Below are positions 35,042 through 44,739 of a stretch of 64,000 nucleotides of DNA, in pieces. The stretch spans positions 97,361 to 161,360 of the forward strand of contig CALWDW010000006.1 of the NCBI GenBank assembly GCA_944376795.1. The letters run 5' to 3'. Under the pieces are notes generated by a model. The model did not search any database. It was not told the DNA's origin and saw nothing but the letters and a program-made list of their open reading frames with translations. Positions within the stretch are counted from its first letter, which is position 1; every line of letters starts with the position of its first letter. The position numbers and the translations under genes were made by a program. The stretch is from an uncultured Christensenellaceae bacterium (lineage in GTDB: Bacteria; Bacillota; Clostridia; Christensenellales; UMGS416).

Positions 35042-37438
35042 CTATGAGCGAAGCACTGCGGCATAGTCCGAAGCCATGGCTACCAGCACCTTCTCCATCA
35101 GCTTTTCCACGTCCTCATCGGTCAGGGTCCGCTCATCGCAGCGGAAGGTCAGGGCAAAGGCTACGCTCTTCTTACCCGGAGGAACCTGCTGTCCCTGGTA
35201 GACATCAAAGAGCGAAACCTCCGTCAAAAGGCTTCCTGCGGTCTTGTACATGGCGTCGATCATGGGACCCACCGGCTGCTGGGCGTCCACCAGGAGCGCC
35301 ACATCCCGATGCACCGCAGGGAACCGCGGCAGCATGTGGAATACCGTAGCCGGGCCTTGGTGCGCCAGCAACGCGTCCACATCGATCTCCGCCACCAGGA
35401 CACGGCTTCCCATCTCATAGGCGGCCTGGGTATCAGGATGCAGCTCTCCCAGTTCTCCCAGCCAGTCTCCGCCGGCGGTTACCATGGCCTTGCGGCCGGG
35501 ATGCAGGTAGCTTCCGCCACCGGCAGCGAAATGGACGTCCGGCACCCGGAAGGCCTCCAAAAGCTTCTCTACCATTCCCTTTAGGGTAAAGAAGTCCGCC
35601 CTCTTATCCACGATCACCATGCCCAAGCGATTCACCTCCTGGGGGAGCTCGGTCATGGGCATCTGCTTGGGATGGAAGGTCCGGCCCATCTCGAAGAGCC
35701 GTACCGTATCAATGCGCTGGCTCAGGTTATTTCCGGCGGACTGCAGCAGGCCGGGAATCAGCGTGGTCCGCATCAGGCTGTATTCCTCGCCCAGCGGATT
35801 CATGATGCGCACGGCATTGCGCAGCGGGCTGTCCTGGGGCAGCAGCAGCTTGCCAAAGGTCTGGGGGCTCATGAAGGAATAGGTCATCCCCTCATAGAAG
35901 CCCATCCCCGCCAAGATATCCTTGATCCGGGCCGAATCCTTTTGTTCCTGGGTCAGTCCGCCCTGGTTCATGGAGCCGCTGAGAAGCTCCGAAGGAATGG
36001 TGTCATAGCCATAGATCCTCTGGACCTCCTCGGCGATATCGGCCGCGCAGCCCAGGTCGCCGCGCCAAGACGGGATATCACAGTGGAGGATATCCCCCTC
36101 CACCCGGGTGTGGATCATCAGCTTCTCCAGGATCTCCGCCATGGTCTCCCCGGACAGCCGCTGGCCCAGCAAGCGGTTGACCGCCGCCGTACTAACGTCC
36201 AGGGTCTTGGGCGCCAGATCGGCATGGCAGATATCGATGCAGCCGCCTACCACCTCGCCGCAGCCCAGTTCCTCCACCAAGGTCATCGCCCGATCCATGG
36301 CCATCTGCGCCAGATTGGCGTCCAGCCGCTTCTCAAAGCGGGCGGAGGACTCGGTACGCACGCCCAGGGCCCGGCTGGTAATCCGGACATTGTAGGCATT
36401 GAAGTTGGCGCTCTCGAAGAGGATATCCTGGGTATCGGGCTCAATTCCCGAATTGCCGCCGCCCATAATGCCCGCCAGCGCGGTAGGGACGGTCTCCCCG
36501 GCGATGACCAGCATGTCCTGGGTCAAGGTGATCTCCTTGTCGTCCAACAGGGTCATTTTCTCCCCGGGCGCGGCGCGGCGCACCACGATTTTCCCCCCGT
36601 CCACATGGCGGTAATCAAAGGCATGCATGGGCTGTCCCAGCTCGAGCATCACGTAATTGGTAATATCCACGATGTTATTGATGGAACGCATGCCAGCAGC
36701 GGTGAGGGCATCCTTCATCCACTTAGGAGAAGGGCCGATCTTGACGTTGCGTACCATGCGGGACATATACCGGGGGCAGAGCTCCGGATCCCGCACCTCC
36801 ACCTGCAGGAAGTCGTGGATGTCGCCCGTTCCGGCCACCTGCTTCATGGCGGGCATGCGCAGCGGGCTCCCCAAAGTTGCGGAAGCTTCCCGAGCCACGC
36901 CGATCATGCTCATGCAGTCGGGACGGTTGCTCAGGGTCTTAAACTCCACAATGGTGTCGTTCATGCCCAAGACCTCCGCAATGGGAGTGCCGGGGGTATA
37001 TTCCTCCTGCAGGATCAAGATCCCATCCACCTCGGCGCCCGGATAGACGGCATCGGTAATGCAGAGTTCCTCCCCCGAGCAGAGCATGCCCACCGAGGGC
37101 AGTCCCCGGAGCTTGCTGGCCTTGATCTTCAGGCCGCAGGGCAGATTGGCCCCCACCAGCGCCGCGGGAACCAGTGCCCCTTCAAACACATTGTCGGCGC
37201 CGGTGATGATTTGGAGCGGTTCCGTCTCGCCTACATCCATGGTACAGACCTTCAGCCGGTCGGCGTTGGGGTGCTGCTCCAGTTTCGCGATACGTCCCAC
37301 CACAACGTGGTCCAGCCCCTTGCCAAGGACCTCGTAGCCTTCCACCTCTGAGCCGGTCATGATCATCCGGGAGGAGAATTCCTCCACGTCCATAGGAACG
37401 TCTACATACTGTTTCAGCCACTTCATAGGTACGAACAT
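35042..37438 (-). CDS. pheT: Phenylalanine--tRNA ligase beta subunit
   Basis: 798 aa. N-terminus MKWLKQYVDV, then tRNA-binding, B3/4, B5 and FDX-ACB domains in the order expected for PheT, directly downstream of pheS. Confidence 0.95.
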   Translation of the reverse strand: MFVPMKWLKQYVDVPMDVEEFSSRMIMTGSEVEGYEVLGKGLDHVVVGRIAKLEQHPNADRLKVCTMDVGETEPLQIITGADNVFEGALVPAALVGANLPCGLKIKASKLRGLPSVGMLCSGEELCITDAVYPGAEVDGILILQEEYTPGTPIAEVLGMNDTIVEFKTLSNRPDCMSMIGVAREASATLGSPLRMPAMKQVAGTGDIHDFLQVEVRDPELCPRYMSRMVRNVKIGPSPKWMKDALTAAGMRSINNIVDITNYVMLELGQPMHAFDYRHVDGGKIVVRRAAPGEKMTLLDDKEITLTQDMLVIAGETVPTALAGIMGGGNSGIEPDTQDILFESANFNAYNVRITSRALGVRTESSARFEKRLDANLAQMAMDRAMTLVEELGCGEVVGGCIDICHADLAPKTLDVSTAAVNRLLGQRLSGETMAEILEKLMIHTRVEGDILHCDIPSWRGDLGCAADIAEEVQRIYGYDTIPSELLSGSMNQGGLTQEQKDSARIKDILAGMGFYEGMTYSFMSPQTFGKLLLPQDSPLRNAVRIMNPLGEEYSLMRTTLIPGLLQSAGNNLSQRIDTVRLFEMGRTFHPKQMPMTELPQEVNRLGMVIVDKRADFFTLKGMVEKLLEAFRVPDVHFAAGGGSYLHPGRKAMVTAGGDWLGELGELHPDTQAAYEMGSRVLVAEIDVDALLAHQGPATVFHMLPRFPAVHRDVALLVDAQQPVGPMIDAMYKTAGSLLTEVSLFDVYQGQQVPPGKKSVAFALTFRCDERTLTDEDVEKLMEKVLVAMASDYAAVLRS

Positions 37439-37454
37439 GGTGTATCTCCTCTCT

Positions 37455-38480
37455 TTAGAATTGATCCAGGAAGCGCAGATCGTTCTCGAACAGCAGCCTC
37501 AGGTCGGTAATCCCGTATTTCCCGTTGGTGATACGGTCCAAACCCATGCCAAAAGCGAAGCCGCTGTACTCCTGGGGATCGATGCCGCACATGGTCAGCA
37601 CGTTGGGGTTCACCATGCCGCAGCCCAGCACCTCAATCCAGCCGCTGCCGTGGCAGACACGGCAATTGGGATCCTTGCCGCCGCAAAGATAGCAGGAAAT
37701 GTCCACCTCCGCGCTGGGCTCTGTGAAGGGGAAGAAGGAGGGACGGAAGCGGGTCTTCACCGACTCCCCATACATGCGCCGGGCAAACTCATCCAAGGTG
37801 CCCTTCAGATGCCCCAGATGGATTCCCTTATCGATCACCAGTCCTTCAATCTGATGGAAAACCGGAGAATGGGTGGCGTCCACCTGATCCACGCGGTAGA
37901 CGCGCCCGGGGCAGATAATCCGAATGGGCGGCTTCCGTGTGGTCATAATCCGCGCCTGCACAGGGGAGGTATGGGTGCGCAGCACGATCTCTCCGTTAAT
38001 GTAAAAGGAATCCTGCATATCCCGGGCCGGATGATTCTTGGGCACGTTCAGCAGTTCGAAATTGTAGTGGTCGGTTTCCACCTCGGGCCCGTCAGCCACG
38101 GCAAAGCCCATCCCCACGAAAATGTCCTGTACCTGACGAACTACCTGAGTTAGGGGATGCAGCTTGCCCATCACCGGCTCGGTGCCGGGAATGGTGACAT
38201 CCACCGCTTCTAGCTTCAGGCGCATCTCTTTCTCCATCCTGGAGAGATTCTCCGCCTGGCGGTTGATCAACTCCTCCAGCTTGGCGCGGACCTCGTTGAC
38301 CAGACGGCCCATGGCAGGACGCTGGTCGGCACTCACCGCTCCCATGCCCCGGAGGATCTGGGTCATGCTCCCCTTCTTGCCCAGGACCTTAACCCGCAGC
38401 GCTTCCAGCGATGCGGTATCCTTGGCATTGGAGAGAGCGTCTTGGGTTTCTTTGACGATCTTGTCCAATTGATCCTGCAT
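37455..38480 (-). CDS. pheS: Phenylalanine--tRNA ligase alpha subunit
   Basis: HPLTQV, class II motifs FRPSFFPFTEPSAEVD and GFAFGMGLDRI. Confidence 0.95.
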   Translation of the reverse strand: MQDQLDKIVKETQDALSNAKDTASLEALRVKVLGKKGSMTQILRGMGAVSADQRPAMGRLVNEVRAKLEELINRQAENLSRMEKEMRLKLEAVDVTIPGTEPVMGKLHPLTQVVRQVQDIFVGMGFAVADGPEVETDHYNFELLNVPKNHPARDMQDSFYINGEIVLRTHTSPVQARIMTTRKPPIRIICPGRVYRVDQVDATHSPVFHQIEGLVIDKGIHLGHLKGTLDEFARRMYGESVKTRFRPSFFPFTEPSAEVDISCYLCGGKDPNCRVCHGSGWIEVLGCGMVNPNVLTMCGIDPQEYSGFAFGMGLDRITNGKYGITDLRLLFENDLRFLDQF

Positions 38481-38499
38481 TGTATTTCCTTCCTCTCAA

Positions 38500-38735
38500 A
38501 ATAGTAAAAAGCCCTCATCCCTGCAAGGGACGAAGGCTCTCTTCGCGGTACCACCCAAGTTCGCGGCACAGCCGCGCGCTCTTCGGCCGATAACGGGGCC
38601 AATCGCCGCACCCTACTCTGCTTCAGGGCGGGACTCCGGAGCGAACTTCTCTCCCGGGTGTCTCCAGGATGCTTTCAGCCGATGGCATCCATTCTCTGGG
38701 GAGTCCTCTGGGGGATACTCTTCTCCATCACAGTC
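38500..38735 (-). promoter_or_regulatory. T-box riboswitch leader, Phe (UUC) specifier
   Basis: The minus strand carries the K-turn/GA motif GTGATGGAGAAGAGTA (38731..38716), an AGAGA box and a GCTGAAAG distal loop. The specifier loop is GAGAAG-TTC-G (TTC at 38645..38643). The canonical T-box sequence AACTTGGGTGGTACCGCG lies at 38561..38544. The terminator GCCTTCGTCCCTTGCAGGGATGAGGGC plus TTTTT is at 38537..38506. Confidence 0.9.
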
Positions 38736-38751
38736 AGAGATGAAAACGCTT

Positions 38752-39525
38752 TTACTTCAGGCCCATGCGCTGCAGGTACTGCAGGCTGATCTTCAGACTC
38801 TCAAAGGGGCAGCGGCGGCAAACGTCCTGCTCCACGATATGCATGCGGACTCCGGTCTCGGCGCAGGCGCCAATAATGGCCGGCCAGTTGAGGTTCCCCT
38901 CGCCGATCTCGGCAAAGGTGGAACGTCCCTCCTCCGGCACGTAGACCATATCCTTAAAGTGCACCACGTCCATACGGCCGGCTACCTTCCGAATCCACGC
39001 CGCCGGATCGCCGCCGCCGGCGGTAATCCAGTGGGTATCAATCTCGAACTGGAACCAAGAGGGATCGGTCTCCTCCATGAGGATATCCAGGCCGGTCTTG
39101 TCCCCAAAGCGGGCCAATTCAAAGTTGTGATTGTGATAGATCAGGTGCTGGCCCGCCTTGGCAATGGCCTCCCCCGCCGGACGGATCACCCGGGCAAACT
39201 CCCGGAACTTCTCCTCGCTGCCGCGGTACTCATCGGGCATAGAACCCAGGCCCACATACTGGGTACCCCAGATCTTGTGGTTCTCGATGGTCTCCTGGGT
39301 ATGGTTCACAATAGCGTCAAAACTGACGTGGGTGGCGCAGATCTCCAACCCATGCTTATCGGCAATGGCGCGGAGCTCCTTGGGATCGATGGGGCCCCAA
39401 GCCGACATCTGCACGGCGTCGTAGCCGATCTCCTTGACACGGGCCAAGGTCTTATCGATATCCGCGGGGGTTTTCGTATACTCGCGCAGGGTGTACATCT
39501 GCGCGGCCAGCATGGTGGACATAGG
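38752..39525 (-). CDS. Sugar phosphate isomerase/epimerase (xylose isomerase-like TIM barrel)
   Basis: MYTLREY...IGYDAVQMS..., HNHNFEL and the EIGEGNLNW metal and loop motifs typical of AP_endonuc_2 family proteins. ATG 39525 lies 8 nt after GGAGG. Confidence 0.8.
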   Translation of the reverse strand, partial: PMSTMLAAQMYTLREYTKTPADIDKTLARVKEIGYDAVQMSAWGPIDPKELRAIADKHGLEICATHVSFDAIVNHTQETIENHKIWGTQYVGLGSMPDEYRGSEEKFREFARVIRPAGEAIAKAGQHLIYHNHNFELARFGDKTGLDILMEETDPSWFQFEIDTHWITAGGGDPAAWIRKVAGRMDVVHFKDMVYVPEEGRSTFAEIGEGNLNWPAIIGACAETGVRMHIVEQDVCRRCPFESLKISLQYLQRMGLK

Positions 39526-39610
39526 CAACACCTCCTGCTTCTTGGGGAGATTCCTCTCCGCTACCGCTTATCATACCACAGTTTGCGCGGTAAGACAATG
39601 GCCCAATTGG

Positions 39611-40924
39611 CTAAGCCTCCGGGACAAAGCTCTCATAAATCGCCCGAACCGCCCGCTCAAAGTCGTCGTCCTCTACGCCTACAATGATATTCATCTCGCT
39701 GCTGCCCTGGTCGATCATGCGGACGTTGATATTGTGCTCGGCCAGGCCGGAAAACAGCCGTGCCGCGGTACCCGGGCTGCGCACCATCCCCTGCCCCACT
39801 GTGGCGATGATGGAGATATGCTCCACCACCTCAATGTGGTCGGGATCCACGCTCTCCCGGATATCGGCCAGGATCTCATGGATCTTACCGGCCAGCACCT
39901 TGGACTGGGCTACCACCGACAGGGAATCAATTCCCGAGGGCATGTGTTCGAAGGATACGCCATGGGCCTCCAATACCGAGAGTACCCGCCGTCCAAAGCC
40001 CAGCTCATTGTTCATCATGGACTTCTCGATCATGATGAGGGTAAAATCCTTGCGCCCGGCAATGCCGGTGATGACGTGATCGCGGCGCTCATCCACCCGA
40101 TTGACGATCAAGGTCCCCGGGTCCTCCGGCCGGTTGGTATTACGGATGTGAATGGGGATCCCCGCCTGCCGCACGGGAAAAATCGAGTCCTCATGCAGCA
40201 CCTGGGCGCCCATGTACGAAAGCTCCCGCAGTTCCCGATAGGTGAGGGTATCGATGCACCGGGCGTTGCTGACAATGTGGGGATCCGCCATCATAAAGCC
40301 GGAAACGTCAGTCCAATTCTCATACTCCTCTGCGCCAGCCGCTCGGGCCACCACGGCTCCGGTCACATCCGACCCACCCCGGGAAAAGGTCTTAATCCGG
40401 CCATCCGGATACGCGCCGTAAAACCCTGGAATCACCGCCCGGGGATGCTCCCGCAGCGCGGCGGAGAGCACCTGCTGGGTACGATCGGAGTCAAAGACGC
40501 CCCGGGCGTTAAAGAAGATGACCTGTGCCGCGTCCAGAAAATCATATCCCAACGCGTGGGCCAGCACCATGCCGCTAAGATACTCCCCGCGGCTGGCGCA
40601 GTAATCTCGTCCCGCGCCGCGCAGGATCTGGTCATAGACTTCGTCGAACGCCGCGTCCATGTTCAGCTTCAGCCCCAGACCGTCAATGATCTGCTGGTAC
40701 CGGCCGCGGATATAGCCAAAGACTTCCTCGATGCTCTCTCCACTTGAAGCCAGTTCATGGCAGTAGAGCAAAAGGTCGGTAATCTTGTCATCATCGGGAT
40801 GGCGCTTTCCCGGGGCTGACGGCACCACGTACCGGCGCTCCGGATCGGCACGTACGATATCCAGCACCTTCTGCACCTGGGCGCTATTGGCCAAAGAGCT
40901 TCCGCCAAACTTTGCAACCTTCAT
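39611..40924 (-). CDS. lysC: Aspartate kinase with two C-terminal ACT domains
   Basis: N-terminus KVAKFGGSSLA, FSRGGSDVTGA and C-terminal ACT repeats. 437 aa. Confidence 0.9.
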   Translation of the reverse strand: MKVAKFGGSSLANSAQVQKVLDIVRADPERRYVVPSAPGKRHPDDDKITDLLLYCHELASSGESIEEVFGYIRGRYQQIIDGLGLKLNMDAAFDEVYDQILRGAGRDYCASRGEYLSGMVLAHALGYDFLDAAQVIFFNARGVFDSDRTQQVLSAALREHPRAVIPGFYGAYPDGRIKTFSRGGSDVTGAVVARAAGAEEYENWTDVSGFMMADPHIVSNARCIDTLTYRELRELSYMGAQVLHEDSIFPVRQAGIPIHIRNTNRPEDPGTLIVNRVDERRDHVITGIAGRKDFTLIMIEKSMMNNELGFGRRVLSVLEAHGVSFEHMPSGIDSLSVVAQSKVLAGKIHEILADIRESVDPDHIEVVEHISIIATVGQGMVRSPGTAARLFSGLAEHNINVRMIDQGSSEMNIIVGVEDDDFERAVRAIYESFVPEA

Positions 40925-40966
40925 CACACTTCATCCTTCCACCCGTGCGAAATACATACGCGACAC

Positions 40967-40995
40967 ATTATACATGATTTTCCCATGGGTGTCCA
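40967..40995 (-). promoter_or_regulatory. Candidate sigma-A promoter for lysC (TGGACA, 17 nt spacer, TGTATAAT)
   Basis: On the minus strand TGGACA is at 40995..40990 and TATAAT at 40972..40967, with an extended TG. The resulting leader is only about 40 nt. Confidence 0.5.
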
Positions 40996-41097
40996 TTCCC
41001 CTGCCGGTAAAATTACCGCGAATCCAATGCAAATTGGTCCCATGCGCCGCAGAACATCTCATTTCCCGGTTTCCGCTTCTCTTCCCGCCCCGGGGCG

Positions 41098-41126
41098 AAA
41101 AAAGCCGCCCCCTTCCTACGAAGGGG
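41098..41126 (-). terminator. Candidate terminator after glyA
   Basis: The minus strand reads CCCCTTC-GTAG-GAAGGGG, then GCGGCTTTTTT. An alternative GGGGCG/CGCCCC pairing is possible. Confidence 0.45.
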
Positions 41127-41211
41127 ACGACCCATTGCATCCCGCATGGAACCAACCGCGAAACGTACGGCTATTGGGGGGGCTGATCCTTCAAGGCCGC
41201 AAAGGCCCGGG

Positions 41212-42465
41212 TCAGCGGATCACGTCCTGGGCATAGAGAGGATGCTGGGCGCACATGGCAAGCACCTCCGCCTTAACCTCCTCTACCGCGGCCTCGCCTT
41301 CCCGGATGATCCGGGCAATCATATGCGCCAGTTTGGGCATATCTGCCTCCACAAACCCACGGCTGGTAATGGCCGGGGTTCCGATGCGCACGCCGCTGGT
41401 AATGGTGGGCTTCTTCGGATCGAAGGGAATGGCGTTCTTGTTGGCGGTGATATTGGCGGCGTCCAGCAGGGTCTCCAGCTTCTTGCCGGAGATGCCGGTC
41501 TCCCGCAGATCCAGGAGCATCAGGTGGTTGTCGGTGCCGCCGGAGACCAGATTCACACCCTCGGCAGTAAAGGCGGCAGCCAGCGCAGCAGCGTTTTTGA
41601 CAATCTGCTGCTGATAGGCCTTAAACTCGGGCTTCAGCGCCTCGCCGAAGCAGACAGCCTTGGCCGCGATGATGTGCATCAGGGGACCGCCCTGGGTGCC
41701 CGGGAAAATTGCCTTGTCAATGGCCTTGGCATAGGCCTCCTTGCAGAGGATCATGCCGCCCCGGGGACCGCGCAGGGTTTTGTGGGTAGTAGTGGTCACA
41801 AAGTCAGCATAAGGCACGGGATTGGGGTGCAGCCCCGCCGCCACCAGGCCGGCAATGTGGGCCATGTCCACCATCAGATACGCACCGCACGCATCGGCCA
41901 CCTCGCGGAACTTAGCAAAGTCAATGATCCGGGGATACGCGCTGGCGCCGGCCACGATCATCTTGGGCTTGTGCTCCATGGCCAATTCCATGAGTTTATC
42001 GTAGTCGATGCGGGCGTCGCTCTCCCGCACCCCGTAGGGGACAATGTGGAAGTACTTACCCGACATATTCACAGGGCTGCCATGGGTCAGGTGTCCGCCA
42101 TGGGCCAAATCCATACCCAGGATGGTATCTCCCGGCTCCAGCATAGCAAAGTACACGGCAATATTGGCCTGGGCGCCGGAGTGGGGCTGGACATTGGCGT
42201 GATCGGCGCCGAAAAGCTGGCAGGCACGCTGCCGGGCCAGCTCCTCCACCTCATCCACAAACTGGCAGCCGCCATAGTAGCGCTTGCCGGGATAGCCTTC
42301 CGCGTACTTGTTGGTCAGATGGCTGCCGGCTGCCGCCATCACAGCAGGACTGACGAAATTTTCCGAGGCGATCAGCTCCAGGTGGGAGTCCTGACGCTCC
42401 AGCTCGCGCTCCATCATGGCCGCAAGGTCGGGATCCTGCAGGGCAATGGTCTTCAAATCGATCAT
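41212..42465 (-). CDS. glyA: Serine hydroxymethyltransferase
   Basis: [23 protein letters not shown] and PLP-lysine region [14 protein letters not shown]. Start at ATG 42465 after AAGGAG. The track ORF is extended upstream. Confidence 0.95.
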   Translation of the reverse strand: MIDLKTIALQDPDLAAMMERELERQDSHLELIASENFVSPAVMAAAGSHLTNKYAEGYPGKRYYGGCQFVDEVEELARQRACQLFGADHANVQPHSGAQANIAVYFAMLEPGDTILGMDLAHGGHLTHGSPVNMSGKYFHIVPYGVRESDARIDYDKLMELAMEHKPKMIVAGASAYPRIIDFAKFREVADACGAYLMVDMAHIAGLVAAGLHPNPVPYADFVTTTTHKTLRGPRGGMILCKEAYAKAIDKAIFPGTQGGPLMHIIAAKAVCFGEALKPEFKAYQQQIVKNAAALAAAFTAEGVNLVSGGTDNHLMLLDLRETGISGKKLETLLDAANITANKNAIPFDPKKPTITSGVRIGTPAITSRGFVEADMPKLAHMIARIIREGEAAVEEVKAEVLAMCAQHPLYAQDVIR

Positions 42466-42484
42466 GGGTTGACTCTCCTTTATA

Positions 42485-42940
42485 TCATTGGGACTCTGTA
42501 CATTCCTCTTGCGGCGTTTCCACCCGCTGCAGGGAAATCTGGCTCTTCCTCCAGCGGAGGAAGCGGGCATTCATGCTGCGGTAAACCAGGTAACAGCCTC
42601 CTGCCAGCGCCAGGCCTAGGAGGCCTGCGGCCCCCTGTCCTGCCTCGCCCCAGAGGGCATAGCCCACCCCGATGCCCAGCACCAGGGCGGCCAAAGGTAC
42701 CGCGTAGAGCAGCAGCGTCGACATCATGAAGTATTTTTCCACCATGATCAGCCGCACCCGGTCGCCCACGGCCAAGCCGCCGGGATCCTCCATGGTCAGC
42801 ACCATGGTCTTGCTGCTGTCGGAAAGCATCCCGCAGGCGCCACATTTGCCACAGGCGCTGCTGCGCTGAAAGTGAACAGTCACCTGTCCCGCCTCCAAGG
42901 CAGCCACCACGCCGATCTCATCCTGCAAAGCCTCCGCCAT
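42485..42940 (-). CDS. RseC/MucC-family (SoxR-reducing system) small membrane protein
   Basis: N-terminal beta domain with CGKCGACG followed by two TM helices, the typical RseC layout. Confidence 0.7.
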   Translation of the reverse strand: MAEALQDEIGVVAALEAGQVTVHFQRSSACGKCGACGMLSDSSKTMVLTMEDPGGLAVGDRVRLIMVEKYFMMSTLLLYAVPLAALVLGIGVGYALWGEAGQGAAGLLGLALAGGCYLVYRSMNARFLRWRKSQISLQRVETPQEECTESQ

Positions 42941-42942
42941 CG

Positions 42943-44733
42943 CTACGCCTCTTCCTTCGGCAGAATGCCGATTCCCAGCTCCTGCAGCTGCTTGGGATCC
43001 ACCGGGCCGGGGGCGTCGGTCATGGGGCAGGCCGAAGACTGGATTTTCGGGAAGGGGATCACGTCACGGATGGAATCGGTGCCGGCCATCATCATCACGG
43101 TACGATCCAACCCCGGAGCAATGCCGCCGTGGGGCGGCGCGCCGTACTTAAAGGCTCCCAGCATGAAGCCAAAGCGCTCCCACGCCTGTTCGTGGGTGAA
43201 GCCCAAGGCCTTAAAGACCTTCTCCTGTACATCCTCCGCATGGATACGGATGGAACCGCTGGCCAGCTCCACGCCGTTGAGCACAATGTCGTAGCTCTTG
43301 CAGCGGACCTTTTCCGGGGCCGTCTCCAAAAGCTCGATGTCCTCATCCAGCGGGGAACAGAAGGGATGATGCTGGGCAGTGTAGCGTCCCTCCTCCTCAT
43401 TGTACTCCAGCAGGGGGAATTCGGTAATCCACAGGAAGTTCCAGGCGCTCTGGTCGATAAGGCCCAAACGCTTACCCAGCTCCAGGCGCAGCTGGCCCAG
43501 GGCCCGCTGGGTAACGCTGGTTCTGTCGGCCACAAAGAAGAGGGCGTCCCCGTCCTCCACCCCGCAGCGTGCCTTAATGGCCTCGATCTCCTGGGGTTTC
43601 AGGAACTTGGTAATGGTAGAGCGGATATTCTCCCCATCGAAGAGCATATAGGCCAGGCCCTTGGCCTTGTAGGTCTTGACCACCTCGGCCAGGCCGTCCA
43701 GCTCCTTGCGGGTGAACTTCTTAGCGGCTCCCTTAGCGTTGATCGCGGCGACAGACCCGCCCTGGGCCACGGCGCCGGCGAATACCGAGAAGCCGCAGTC
43801 CCGCACCAGGTCGCTGACCTGTACAATCTCCATGCCAAACCGGGTATCCGGCTTATCCGAGCCATAGCGAGCCATAGCCTCGCGGAAGGGCAATCGGGGC
43901 CAGGGGGTAGGCAGATCCACATCCAGCACGTCCTTAAAGAGCTTCTTATACATGCCCTCAGCCACGGCGTACACCTCTTCCTCGCCGACAAAGGACATCT
44001 CAATATCGATCTGCTGGAACTCCGGCTGCCGGTCTGCCCGGAGATCCTCGTCCCGGAAGCATTTGGCAATCTGATAATACTTATCAAAGCCCGCCACCAT
44101 AAGGAGTTGCTTGAAAATCTGCGGCGACTGGGGCAGGGCAAAGAACTCCCCCGGGAAGATCCGGCTGGGCACCAGGTAGTCCCGTGCTCCCTCCGGGGTG
44201 CTCTTAGTGAGAATGGGGGTCTCCAGGTCAATGAAGCCCGCCTGATCCAAATACTCTCGGACAGAACGGGTCACCGCATGCTTCATCATCAGGATGCGCT
44301 GGATCGCCGGCCGGCGCAGGTCATAATAGCGGTATTTCAGGCGGAAGTTCTCCGATACGCTGTCCTCATCCAGGTGGAAAGGAGGCGTGTCCGCCTCATT
44401 GAGAATCTTCAGCTCCCGGGCCTCGATCTCAATGGTCCCGGTCTTCAGGGCGGGGTTGATGTTCTCCGGCGTCCGGGCAGTAACCACGCCCCGGACAGCC
44501 AGCACATACTCGCCCCGGATCACGCTGGCACGCTGGGCCAGCTCCGCATCTTTCCCCGCGTCGAAGACCACCTGCACCATGCCGGTGCGGTCCCGCAGCC
44601 ACAGAAACATCAGCTGCCCCAGATCCCGCCGCCGGTGTACCCAGCCCATGACGGTGACCGTCTCTCCTACCTGCTCCTGTCCGACCTCGGCGCACATGCA
44701 GCTGCGGCGCCAGGTTCCCAGTAATTCGCCCAT
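42943..44733 (-). CDS. aspS: Aspartate--tRNA ligase
   Basis: An OB-fold N-terminus (VMGWVHRRRDLGQLMFLWLRD), class IIb motifs FRDEDLRADRQPEF and GGIAPGLDR, and a GAD insertion domain. Confidence 0.95.
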   Translation of the reverse strand: MGELLGTWRRSCMCAEVGQEQVGETVTVMGWVHRRRDLGQLMFLWLRDRTGMVQVVFDAGKDAELAQRASVIRGEYVLAVRGVVTARTPENINPALKTGTIEIEARELKILNEADTPPFHLDEDSVSENFRLKYRYYDLRRPAIQRILMMKHAVTRSVREYLDQAGFIDLETPILTKSTPEGARDYLVPSRIFPGEFFALPQSPQIFKQLLMVAGFDKYYQIAKCFRDEDLRADRQPEFQQIDIEMSFVGEEEVYAVAEGMYKKLFKDVLDVDLPTPWPRLPFREAMARYGSDKPDTRFGMEIVQVSDLVRDCGFSVFAGAVAQGGSVAAINAKGAAKKFTRKELDGLAEVVKTYKAKGLAYMLFDGENIRSTITKFLKPQEIEAIKARCGVEDGDALFFVADRTSVTQRALGQLRLELGKRLGLIDQSAWNFLWITEFPLLEYNEEEGRYTAQHHPFCSPLDEDIELLETAPEKVRCKSYDIVLNGVELASGSIRIHAEDVQEKVFKALGFTHEQAWERFGFMLGAFKYGAPPHGGIAPGLDRTVMMMAGTDSIRDVIPFPKIQSSACPMTDAPGPVDPKQLQELGIGILPKEEA

Positions 44734-44739
44734 GACACT

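Noticed and set aside
35672-37351. A 559-aa plus-strand ORF; similar long ORFs occur at 43129..44724, 41146..42729, 22232..23614, 10118..11524 and 29479..30669
   Set aside because: All are antisense to unmistakable housekeeping genes (pheT, aspS, glyA, the ADH, thiI, xylB). They have an Arg/Gly/Pro/His-rich composition and no recognisable domains, so I treat them as shadow ORFs.
40928-41211. A possible lysine riboswitch (L-box) in the 284-bp region upstream of lysC
   Set aside because: Most of the gap is taken up by the glyA terminator region. The best promoter (-10 at 40967..40972) leaves a leader of only about 40 nt, too short for an L-box. I also saw no L-box-like conserved helices. A cmscan would settle this.
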